This document shows, one piece after another, positions 19,191-30,900 of a DNA stretch of 64,000 nt. Origin of the DNA: Candidatus Nanoarchaeia archaeon (GTDB lineage Archaea; Nanobdellota; Nanobdellia; Woesearchaeales; WJIZ01); the NCBI GenBank assembly GCA_028279765.1, contig JANQND010000022.1, positions 26,149 through 90,148 of the forward strand, read 5' to 3'. The position numbers and the translations under genes are program-made. The notes beneath the pieces were generated by a model, which was given only the letters and a program-made list of their open reading frames with translations, did no database searches and was not told where the DNA came from. The number at the start of each line of letters is the position of its first letter. Position 1 is the first letter of the stretch.

Positions 19191-20492
19191 CTAAGGAACA
19201 GGAACCTTTCGCAAAATTTCTTCGATAACGCGCTCTGCTTTAATTCCTTCTGCCTGTCCTTCATAGCTAAGTATTAATCGATGGCGCAGCACATCATAAG
19301 CAATGGTTTTGACATGATGCGGAGTAACATAATTTTGGCCGTTGAGTACTGCCTCAGCTCTTGCGGCACTGATTAGCCCTATCGAGCCCCTGGGAGATGC
19401 ACCAAATTCAACATAGCGGCCAAGCCCCACACCATACTTTTTAGGGAACCGGGTTGCATCAATAAGCTTCACGATATAATGCTCCACTTTTTGGTCGACA
19501 TACACTTTTTTTACATCATCTTGAATCTTAAGGATTAAGTCAGGGCTAAGAACTGCCTTGACTTTAAAATTTTCAAAGGAATGAGTGGAAATATTTGAAC
19601 GCAGTATACGCTGTTCCTCATCAATATTCGGGTATCCCATATAAATTTTGAAAAGGAAACGGTCAACCTGAGCTTCAGGCAGGGAATAGGTTCCAACGTT
19701 TTCCAATGGGTTTTGGGTTGCCATAGTAAAAAAAGGAAGAGGGATAGGAAACGACTCTTTTGCGATGGTTGCTTGCTTCTCCGCCATAGACTCCAGCAGG
19801 GCAGACTGAACCTTAGGCGGAGCCCGGTTGATTTCATCTGCTAGGATGAAATTATTAAAGATAGGGCCTTTCAGGGTATAGAATCCTCTCCCTTCCTGAT
19901 AAGTACTGATTCCGATAATATCAGTAGGGAGCAAATCAGGAGTAAACTGAATTCTTGCAAATGAACACCCTGTCGTTTGTGCGAGAGTTCGAATAAGGGT
20001 AGTTTTTGCAATTCCCGGGACTCCTTCCAGTAAAACATGTCCGTCCGAGATAAGCGCACGGATGAGCCCTGTAATTGCCTCATCCTGGCCCACAAGAATT
20101 CTCTGCACTTCTTTTCTTACAGTAAGAAACAACTTTTGATAACTCTGGATTCGTTTTGAGAAGCTTTTATTATCAAGTATTTCTGCATGCTGCTCCTCAA
20201 CGATGTGCTCCTGCTGTGTATCCTTGATTAAGTCAGCTACTTTGCTAATCTCTTCTTTTTCAAGAGAGGGGTCCGGTTCCTGATGCTCTTCCTGCGGCTG
20301 CTCAGGCTGTGCTTCCTGTTCATCAACCTGTTCAATTTGCTCATCAATCTCTTCAATTTTCTCCGAAGATGAGGGATTATCTCCTTTGTTAAGCATATCC
20401 TGTTCTAATTCCAGTTTTTTTCGCAGAAGATCAAGCTTAGAAGATGACGAAGCCTTTGAAACCCTCTTTTTTTCACTCTTCACTTTCCCCAT
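19191..20492 (-). CDS. MoxR-family AAA+ ATPase
   Basis: Walker A GHVLLEGVPGIAKT; LLPTDIIG; Walker B ILADEINRAPPKVQSALLE. Unusual roughly 110-aa acidic coiled N-terminal extension. Confidence 0.85.
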   Translation of the reverse strand: MGKVKSEKKRVSKASSSSKLDLLRKKLELEQDMLNKGDNPSSSEKIEEIDEQIEQVDEQEAQPEQPQEEHQEPDPSLEKEEISKVADLIKDTQQEHIVEEQHAEILDNKSFSKRIQSYQKLFLTVRKEVQRILVGQDEAITGLIRALISDGHVLLEGVPGIAKTTLIRTLAQTTGCSFARIQFTPDLLPTDIIGISTYQEGRGFYTLKGPIFNNFILADEINRAPPKVQSALLESMAEKQATIAKESFPIPLPFFTMATQNPLENVGTYSLPEAQVDRFLFKIYMGYPNIDEEQRILRSNISTHSFENFKVKAVLSPDLILKIQDDVKKVYVDQKVEHYIVKLIDATRFPKKYGVGLGRYVEFGASPRGSIGLISAARAEAVLNGQNYVTPHHVKTIAYDVLRHRLILSYEGQAEGIKAERVIEEILRKVPVP

Positions 20493-20539
20493 AGCACAAT
20501 ATCTGACATTCCCCTATATATATATTTTGTTCTAAAGAA

Positions 20540-21238
20540 GTGAACTCCCAGTATAGGAGTAATACTGCGAGTCACGCAATAACATTTAAATATCTGCCAG
20601 TACTCAAAAAGCTCATGCAGGAAAAAAAAGAGGGCCATACGGTAAATTATACAAAAAAACTTCCCAAAAAACGGTCTATTGAAGAATATGTAAAATTTTT
20701 TCGCCGCATTCTAAGTGATGTATTTCTGGTTTCCGGCAGCCACACCTTTCTCGAAGCACAGCAGAGCATCAAAGGAAAAAAAGTCTCTCCGCAAGCAAAG
20801 TCCATGGCCATCAAACTATGCGATCAGTTTGAGCAGCTTGAATATCGCAGGGCAAAACCATCAGATAGCGAATTTACTCAGTTAAGAAAGCTGCTCACTG
20901 AATTAGCAAAAGAGTTTTCCACTCAGAAAACCAAAGAAGAAGCATCGTTCATGGGCAATATCTTGAAGAATGTCGGGACAGCAAAAAAGAAAAAACGATC
21001 GGGCTCCCGAAAAGCCGTATCCACATCCATATCCTTAAAGCCAAAGCAGGCAGGCAGAAAAAAAGAGAAAACAGTAAAAGGAAATCCTGCTAAAATGAGC
21101 GATTCAGAGCGCAAAAAAATTATGCGATATGCGAAAACCTCTAAGGAGTTAGGTGTGGCTACCAGAGTGATCAAAAAAGAGCTCCGCGAGATGGGCTTCA
21201 ACGATAATAATATTGATTTCGTTCTCAAGAATTTATAG
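20540..21238 (+). CDS. hypothetical Lys-rich protein
   Basis: 232 aa, highly basic low-complexity middle (KKKKRSGSRK…KPKQAGRKKEK), short helical C-terminal domain. No family assignment; true start may be the internal Met (MQEKKEG). Confidence 0.45.
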   Translation: MNSQYRSNTASHAITFKYLPVLKKLMQEKKEGHTVNYTKKLPKKRSIEEYVKFFRRILSDVFLVSGSHTFLEAQQSIKGKKVSPQAKSMAIKLCDQFEQLEYRRAKPSDSEFTQLRKLLTELAKEFSTQKTKEEASFMGNILKNVGTAKKKKRSGSRKAVSTSISLKPKQAGRKKEKTVKGNPAKMSDSERKKIMRYAKTSKELGVATRVIKKELREMGFNDNNIDFVLKNL

Positions 21239-21241
21239 GCC

Positions 21242-21865
21242 CTAGGCATCCAATCCATCAAGAATGCAAAAATACCCCAAGGGCGTGTGCATTACTTCAC
21301 TATTCCAAGAATCGACTTCTTGTTTGGTATACCGTTTTACCCTTGTGAAATCCTTTATCTGAAACAAATTACCTTTAATTTGTTCAAGAATGAGTCCTAT
21401 TGACTTGAAATATGTATTAGCATGATGATCATCAAATTTCTCACCGTAAACTGAAAGAATGACTTTCCTTCCCAGCCGTTTCATTTGTTCAAGAGCTTGT
21501 TTCTCATTGGAAATATAGCCTAAAGTATTGTTTAAACAAATCACGTAGTCGAACCGCGGTAAATCCGCAGGATTTGAAATATCGCCAAGAATAAAGTCAG
21601 CTCGATAGCCTAACTGAGAAGCACTCTTCCTTGCTATTTCAATGAGAGAGGATTCAATTTCGATTCCTGTGAGCACAAGGTCAGGCCTTTTATCAAGAAG
21701 AGCAAATATCCTGCTGCCATCCATGCTTCCTACCTGAAGAACTGTAGAGGAGCGGGGAAGCTCTTTGCAGAGCAAATCAATTTCGTAGAGCCAGTTTTCT
21801 CTGTTCAGCCTTGGTAGCTTTTCAAGCACATCGCAGTTCACATACACCTCTTTTGCATCAGGCAT
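21242..21865 (-). CDS. class I SAM-dependent methyltransferase
   Basis: VLQVGSMDGSRIFAL (motif I-like) and DYVICLNNTL (motif II-like), 207 aa. First gene after the surface island on the same strand. Confidence 0.55.
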   Translation of the reverse strand: MPDAKEVYVNCDVLEKLPRLNRENWLYEIDLLCKELPRSSTVLQVGSMDGSRIFALLDKRPDLVLTGIEIESSLIEIARKSASQLGYRADFILGDISNPADLPRFDYVICLNNTLGYISNEKQALEQMKRLGRKVILSVYGEKFDDHHANTYFKSIGLILEQIKGNLFQIKDFTRVKRYTKQEVDSWNSEVMHTPLGYFCILDGLDA

Positions 21866-21916
21866 GTCAAGCGGAAGATTAAGTAATATATAAACTTAGC
21901 AGCTATGCCAGTGCAT

Positions 21917-24900
21917 TCATCCCCTTCTTCTCACAATTAATGAGACGATCACCACCAAAGCAATGAACAGGAGCAATAACAGCACACCGCTTACCAGCTT
22001 GAACAAGTCCCCTTCTCGCTGTTCAATAGGCACAGGCTGTTCAATCTCTCTGGGGTTGGTAACCAGGTAACGGCAGCCTTCAATAACAAAGTTGATCAGG
22101 TTGCGTGACTCTTCAAGGTTACCCTGGTCAAAAGAAGCCTCTGCCTCAGAAAGAAGCTCCGTAAGCTCAAGGCACTCAGGGTTATTATTGAGTAAGTCCC
22201 GTACAAATTCTATTTGGTTCTCTTCAATCGAACGATTATTTTCTATCCTGGCGATTCCCGTAACCGAGATTATTGAAGAGTCAGTGTAATCCGGGTCTCG
22301 GGAAGTAGCATTCACAATTACATCGAATTCTCCAATGGTCCCCTGCCACTGCATAAAGAGCATAAGCTCTTCAGACTGCCCGGGCCCTAATGATGAAATA
22401 GAATTTTCAGAGAACCAGGTTTTGACCTTATCACTATTCGTAGTAGCCTGCAGGTCTATGCCTGTCAAAATGACTTCAGCATTATTCTTCAGCACAATTG
22501 GCGCAACTACCGTATCATTATCGAAAGTGGTTAGGTGTGCCGGTGAAATTAATTCAAGGTATCGTGGTTCAGTTACTGTTCTTGTTCGTGTCTTGAATGA
22601 TGTTTTTGTGGTGGAAACAAAAATGAACTCTACCGAAGAAGTTTGATCAGCCTGTTCAACGGTAACAGACAGGTTATTGCTGGTAGTGGTATCATGCGAA
22701 TCATTAGCAATAAAGTAAATAGTCTCTGTTCCGAACCAGTCCGTTGGTGCTTCAACTCCGACTACATGGGAATCATTGTTAAGGGTTATAATCACGTTAC
22801 TGTTCCCTGCTGCGGTGAACACTACCGTATCGTCAGTATCAAGGTCAGAGAAATAATCATCCAGGTCTATCCAGTTCTGATTCGTTGTGCCTTGGCTTAG
22901 GCTGAGGTCTGGAAGGATATAGTGTATTTTAATGCTGCTCACATTTGGAGTGATACTCGTATCATTGGTCTCAAGGATGATCTTATACTGGATGTAGGTT
23001 GCATTCTCAGACACGATTTGTTCTCCGGAAGAGTTCAGATAGCTTCTATTAAGTGCAACAGTGCTCCAGTTATTCCAGTTATTTCCGTTCTGGCTTGTTC
23101 TGGTTTGCATAGATGCATTTGTTCCGTTCGGGGTTATTGCCGACCAGCTGATGGTAGTGAATCCGATGGGGCTGTAGAAGCTATTAAAGAGCGGCCCAAT
23201 ATCGATTGCAGCGGAGACAAATTCTCCGTATGTTGCATACGATCCTGTTCCGCTTGCAAGCAAAATGCCGCCTGTAGTAGTGTTAGTACTATTGTCGGTT
23301 CCGGAGCTAAACTCAGAATGCTGATCATGATGAATAGTTCCGAACACAGGTGCCCTGTTAGTATTATTTACCGTGATGTTCCACACAAAGGTGTCGTTCA
23401 GTCCTCTGCCATCTGAAACGACCAAAGTAAGGTTGTGAGCTCCTGCTTCCAGGAAGCCAAGCTCGTAGGTATAGTTCGAGGTCTTACTATTAGTAAGCAG
23501 GGTTCCGTCTTTGTACCAGCTGGTATTTATGGAGTCTCCGTTGGCATCTGTGGAGGTATGGTTGAAGAGGATTGAAGTATTTTCTGCAAGAGTTATCGAA
23601 GTGGTATTCATTGGGAAATCCGATCGGTTAGCAAAGGCAAAGACAGTGGATGTTGATACAGGGGTCCCATACGGGCGGATTTGGGTAATATTAGGAGCAG
23701 TATTAAATGCGCGGATGGTCAGGTTGAACAGCTGCGTAGTCTCTTTTCCCATAGTGTCGTTAACAGTCAGGTTGATCACGTGGACTCCTATAAAGGTGGA
23801 ATTTGGAGTAAAATTAAAGTATCCCGTTGAGTCATTGATCACGAAAATGTCTGCACTGGCATTAGTCCTGAATCTAAGAAGAGACTGTGCATCCTCCTCA
23901 TCCGTAGCATTAGCATCATAGGAAAAGAAGGATCCCTCATCAGCAATAAGGTTTGGAATCGGAGTAAGTACAGGAGCATCATTGAAAAAGTCAATAGTAA
24001 GGTTTATGGTTTCGTTATCTGATACTCCTGCACTGTCTGTTACATTAAATGTGATGGAATAGTTTCCTACATCACTGGCATTAGGCGTGAAGGTAAAGAA
24101 TCCCGAACTGGCATTGATAACAAAGAAACTCGAGTTCGTTGCAAAAGTAAGCGTATCATTATCGGGTGTCAGGGTATCATTATCTGTTGCATTTATAGTT
24201 AGGTTAAAGGGAGTATCCTCTGTTAAGAGAAGATTTCCAATGAGGCCAAGAATAGGGGCATCATTAGTGTTATTCACCGTAAAGTTCAGAATTCTGGAAG
24301 TGTTATCGTAGCCATCACTAGCGGTAATATTGATCGAATGGTTCCCTACCTGAGCATTAGTGGGGGTAAAACTAACGAATCCCGAGGAATTTACAAGGAA
24401 CCAATTCCCTCCTCCAAGAACCTCAGCAGTGATAGTTACGATGTCTCCTGCGTCCGGATCAGTTGCATTAATCTGGCAGGTATAGGGTTGATCCTCAACA
24501 GCAGTAGCATTGTCTTGGCACCAGTAATGAATAGTTGGAAGCTGGTTAACATTGAGGACAGTAAAATTGACAATGATTTCATCATAGAGACCGTCACTAT
24601 CATTCACCGTGATGTTCATATGGAATACCCCTACATCATCATTGATAGGAGTGAAGTTAATCATTCCTGACGTGGCGTTGAGTATCAGGCGTCCCGAGAA
24701 GGTATTGTTGAGAGTAAAATAAAAGGCCTCTCCCAATGGGGTAAGGCTGTCTTCATCACTAACATTCTTAGTAAGATTATGGGAGAACAGCGAAGACTCA
24801 GGTGCAGTAAGGTTTCCAATATTAAGGGTAGGGTGCTCCGGTGTATTGTTCACTGTGAAGTTAACCAGCCGGGAGCTTGATAGCCCGTATTGGTCTGTCA

Positions 24901-27900
24901 CGGTAAAGTTCAGCGTATGGTTCCCAACTTCTGTATCATTAGCAACAAAGCTCACATTTCCACTTGTAGAGTTGACAATGAACCAGCTCGTATTAACACT
25001 AAAGGTGAAACTATCCCGTTCTAAATCTGTTGCGTTTACATGGCATCTATGTGTCTGGTTTTCCTGTATTGTGGTGTTATCGTCGCACACATAATCAAAA
25101 ACAGGGGCAGTATTATTTCTGATAGTAAGCACAAACGTGACATTCGAGCGGGTTGCGGACCGGTCAGTAACATTCATCAGGATAGTATAATTCCCCTTCT
25201 CTCCCTCTGCTGCAGTAAAGGAGATCAGTGATGCAGTCTCATTCACTTTTACTGCAGAAAAGAAAGTCGAATTGGTTCCAAAAGTCAGGTTTTCGCTATT
25301 GTTATGGAAACTATTGCCCGGCTGGTTAAAGTCATCATCAAATCCGGTAACATTGTACGAGTAGAGCAGGCCAACTATTGCTATCTGATTTGAAATATTG
25401 AAAAGGCCCGGGACATCATTAGTGTTATTGACCGTGAAGTTGAAGTATGTGTTTACACTAAACGATCCGTCAGATACTGTCAGATTAATAGTATGATTGC
25501 CAACGTGCTGGTTTTCTGCAGTAAAGTTTGCAAGGACTTCCTTGCTCGAGACGGTTGTAAGGTTAAACCAACTGACATTTGTACTGAAAGTAAGAGTATT
25601 GTTCTCCTGGTCTGTAGCGTTAATAGTACAGCTAAAGGCTATATCTTCTAGAGCAGATCGCGAACTGTCACACACGTAATCAAAAACAGGGGGGTTATTA
25701 ATATCATTAACAGTAAAGTTCACAAGCTTCCATCCTACACCGCTATTGCTATCGGTAGTCGAGATGTTAAGAGTATAATTTCCCGTATCATCGTTGACAG
25801 GTGTGAAATTAATAAGGCCCGTAGTCAGGTTCATGATCAAAGTCAAGCCGGTACAGTTGCCGGGATCATAAGGGCGGGTACAGGAGAGAATACTATAATT
25901 GAATATCGAAAGGCTGCTATCTTCCTCATCTGTTGCTGTAAGCTGGTAGGTATACAGGGTTTCTGTGGTTGCATCAGTAATGGTATTACCTGATGGCTGT
26001 GTAAATACAGGAACATCATTAACAGCAGTCATGCTGATGTCAAGGGTAGCTGAATCAGGAGCATTATCACTGTCTTTAACAGTAAGCTGAGGAGACCAGG
26101 GGCCCTCTATCGCGTGGTCGCTGGTAGTAACATAAACCGTCAGGTTTCCGTTTGTGAAATCAAACGACCAGCAATTGCTGCAGTCGCTATGGGAAGTAAG
26201 GTTTGATATGGAACCTGCAGTATAATCATAGCTAAGCACATCATTAATGTTAGAGTCATTGGCATATTGGCTGATATTATAAGAGCAGGGAATGTCTTCT
26301 ATGCAGGCAACGGAAGGAAGTTTTCCCTCTGTCTTATTGAATACCGGGGCGCTATTATTAATAATAATGCTATCAGTAGCATTAAGAGTAGGCATGGTCG
26401 CATTCGTGCAGAGCACATTGAAATAAGATACACCTTTGTACGGTATTTTTCTGCTGAAATTCCAGGGAACGGATCCTCCATGATAGCTCATGTTCTCGGT
26501 ATCCTGGAAAGATCCGGTAAAGTTGAAACTAATCTCGCAGGTTCCGTTTGCAATGGCAGTACTGTTTGTATAGTTTGCATAGAAAATAATCTCATTAGTG
26601 GAATACCAGGTGCCTGAGTCAGTCGAATCCCAGATGGAAATGTTTCCTTCAGTGGTGTTATAGCTTGCATAATTATTTGCGTATGCGGTTGTATTTCCAA
26701 AAGTGAATTGCTGATTATGAATTCCGGGAGTAAGAACCTGCACGGTCCAGTAACCGGTGTCATTACATTCATATCCTTCATATGATGCACTCTTTCCTCC
26801 ATCCCACACGTAAGAGAGAGTGTCATCTCCGCACATCAGCGATAAAGGAACCAGATCGTCAGGAAGCGCATTTCCATAATTGGTATCGGCTATCGCGCTT
26901 AAAGTAAGGTTTGCCCTTCCAAGGGTAGTGAACTCAACGGTCCAGTTTCCTCCCACGGTAGGGTAGCTCTGCACATTAAGAACAGTAATATCAACCTCAT
27001 ACGTCTGATTAGAAAGGTGAGGAACTATCCATTTGATAGAATCGATGAGCCCATTTGAGTTTTCATCGATTCCTTCAAAGGAAACCTGAAGGCGAGTATC
27101 ATTAATGATATGATAAAGCGTTATTGCATCAAGCGGCTTCTCATCAATCGCAGTGTATGCCAAAATATTTGTATAATGCACATCAGAGCTAATCACTATC
27201 TTCTTTCTTGAATCACTGATATTCTCCTCCTCGGAGAGTGGGGCCTCTGTGGTGTAGTGCACCTCTATTTCCTGGGCGCTCTCGTTAATAAGGAGCCGGG
27301 TCTCGGTCTCACTGCTAATAAGCTCTTCAGATTCAAGAGCTTTAACCAGCGCAGACTCTTCTATTTCCTCTATGGATGTGCTGACACTGTCCAGTGTTGT
27401 GTCAGGGTATAGTACTGGTTGAGCAGAAGAGCGGTGCGAGGAGAGTCCCTTTGAAGCTTTGCCGGAACTCTTTTTCGTCTCTGTCTTTTCTTTTTCTTCA
27501 AGCAAAGTAATTCTCTGATCCAGTTTTGAAATCTGAGCAGTAAGGATAGTAATCTGTTTCTGAGCAGATTCTTTCTTCTTTTGCCCGGTCTCCCCAATCA
27601 ATTGATCAGCAAGTATGTCCTGCTTTTGCTCATACATTACCTTCAGTTCCGAGAGGAGGGCAACATCTTCTGGATCATTCGTTTTTTGTTTCAGCTTTCT
27701 CTTGATCTGTTGATTGAGATGCTTGCTAGTAGTCTCCTGTGCAAATTCAGTAAAATTCTTCTGCACATCGTCAGTAATCACTGCAAGGTTAGATGGGGAA
27801 ACTTCCTGCTTTTGTCCGCCATTGATGGTATAAACAGAAACATTAAATGCCTCTGCTGGAAGCCCTACCTCGACATTATCTTCTGAATCAGTAGCTACTA

Positions 27901-30900
27901 GTGATCTCTTCCATAATACTGGTTTTCCTATTTCTACTGGTGATGCCGGTGCGAAAGAATCTGCTGAAGAGTCTGTTGAAAGTTCTTCAGATACTGCGCT
28001 TAAAATAGTAGCATCATCACTTCTGTTAGTATTGGGTATGGCGGCAGAATCCGAAACATTAGCTGCAACCAGGATTTCGACAATATCAGACACTGTGCTC
28101 TGCTTTGAGTCATTTACAATGAAGAATGTGTATGCAGACCCTTCAAATCCTGGATCTGCACTAATAGTCACTAAGCTATCTTCAATAGTGAGGGATACGC
28201 CCTGTGCATCATAAGCATGGTAATAGAGATCATCATTATCTGCGTCGGTAGCATAGAGCCCTAGATCGAAAGAATAGGAAGAATTTGCGTTCATCACAAT
28301 AGTTTCAATAGTAGATAATTGTGGAGCGCTGTTAGAGATAAGAGATGACCGCTTATACGTAGCATTAGAAAGCAGGATGCTTCCGGAAGTTACGTCAATC
28401 ATCAGTGTACCTGCTGAGAATGAAGGAAGAGAGCAGCTCTCTACACAAATATCTGTGAAAGGCACCATCTCAGGCTGGAAGATAGCACTCAGTCTCTCTG
28501 CTTCAGATTCGATAATCTCGGAGTATGGATTAAGCGGGTCCAGGCTATAGTTAGCACTGATAACCTTCGCGCTAACAACATTCTGTTCTCCTGCTCCCTC
28601 TTTTTCTCTGTTCAGATAAAACGTATCATCCCATTGGTCGCGCTCAGGTCTGAGCTCTACAAGGCCACAGCAGGAAGTGCTCCCATAGCAGCTATATTCA
28701 TTTCCCGAATCATGGCTAACAGTCCAGAGTGTACAGAGATTACCAACATCCCTATCCCAGCTGAACCGTGTATCGCTAACAGAGAAGTCAACTACACCCT
28801 GAGTTGATACTATTCCGTTATTGTCAGGGTCCCAGGGTGTCCCTCCGTGGTAGCGCAAGACCATATCAATAGCTTTCTTGTTCTCAGAGAAAGTAATATC
28901 CTGGCTTTCTCTTATGAGAGTGTAGTTCCGAGGAGCAACGAGAGAACTGTCAAGTACCAGGACTCTCTCTTGCGCACTGCCGGCGTAGACCCGTATCTTT
29001 GCATCCCTTGAGAGTGCTCCACTTAAAGTAAGCGAATCCAGCGAGCCGCTAATTCCTAAATCCACCTGGCCGGAATCGTCAAAAGTAGTGTCGAGCATCA
29101 GAGAGGTGTCTCCAAAGACAACACCGCCAGAGTCTTCAAAGATAACGCTGCCGGTGATTGCGGGATTCGTGAAGAGATACATACTGCCAAAAAGGCTGAT
29201 CATTAATAAGAGGACTAAAGCCGTCCTATTTCTGTTTCCCTTTGAGGGTTTCTTCTTTTTGGAGAGCGCTGTTTTCTGGCTCGCTTGCTTGCTGGATTTT
29301 TTATTTGCCTGATAAACAGAGTCAACTGCTACAGCAGAAGTTTTCTTCCTGATAGTAAACTCTATCAAAGAAATTGCTTCCTGAGCAACCTTCTTGAGGT
29401 CAGCAGCAGAAATAGCCTTAGCACTATATTCAATGTCAATAAGGCGATCAAAGAATGGCTCAACCCTATGCCTGACAAAATCTTCCTTTCGCTTCTCGCT
29501 TGATGTGGTTCCCTCATAAGCAAGAGTAAATTGGCGGTCAAATCGTTTCTTGTACCAACCTCGCATAAGAGCACTGAGTTGCTTAGTGAGAGTGTTTCTG
29601 TTCTCTTTAGGGGCTTTGAGTATGATATCATTCAGCCGGGCGATAACATCTTCTGAAGCACGAGTGATAAGAGTTCTGGATTTCCCGGATGGTTTCAGCA
29701 ACATATTCTTAAGCGCGCCTGGTGCATTCTTCATTCTATCGAAAAGGGCATGAACAAAGGAAATTCCATTCAGAGTTCTCAACAATTCCTTCAAATGAGA
29801 GTGCCTTGGTTTTTCTCCTTCCGGTTTCCTTTTGTGTTTCCTTCTTCTCAAGAAAAGGAAAAGAGCCAAGAGAATAATTAGTATAGCAAGGACAATCCGC
29901 CAAAGAGAAAGCCCCTCTTCACTCTGCGGAGTCAACTGCTCAACTTGTACTTGCTCAATGTATTCCCCAAGATTGCAGGGCCTGCAGGGTCCACCGCAAT
30001 CTATCCCCTCTTCGCACAGCTCACTTCCGTCATCCTGAGCATGACAGTTCAGCACAGAATCAAAGCAGGTCACACACTCATTAGGACAACCTGCACCGCA
30101 GTCAACGCCTTGCTCCCCGAAATTCTGAATACCGTCTGAGCAATGCTCAATAAACTCACAAGACCGGGTAAGGTTAGGCTGGAATTTAGTAGTCCCGCAT
30201 CGGTTAATATCAGTACAGTTTCGCGCAGCAGATCCACTGCCACAGGCAGACCATCGTGAACAATGCCACTTTTCCTCACAGCGAAGCAGCTTTGCGGCGC
30301 CACCGCCACCGCCGCCACCGCCACCACCGCCTCCGGCAGTAGAGGGAATAGTTACCGTTTCAGGAACATTGGTAACCGTGTAATTAGCACAGACGATTTT
30401 TGAAGAGTCAATGGTATCATTGGCCTGATAACAAACAGTCTCTACTCCGAACCAGTTTGCAGCAGAGCTCAGGGTAACAAAGTGGCTTGCCGGGCAATTA
30501 ATTCCAAGAGGATTGATATTATTATCAACCGTAACAGTTATTTGCGGAGATGCTGTTAAATGAGATACAGTGTACTGCAGGCAGTCGCCATCTGAATCAT
30601 TGAAGTAGCCATCAAGATTATAGGCGATGATTGTGGTATCTTCATTCCAGGAAGCATCCAGGCTATCAGGATTGCCAGTATACTCAGGAGCGGTATTATT
30701 TGCAACTACTGTTATATTGACCAATACCGACGTATGATCAGCTGTGCAATTGCTGGTGTCATTAACCGTGATATTCAGAATGTGGTCTCCGATATGCACA
30801 ATTGATGGGGTGATATTAAGTGCTCCGGTGGACGAATCAAACTGCATGAATGATTCAAAGGAGGAGAATGAGGTATAGTTTTCTTCAACTACAGAGAAAA

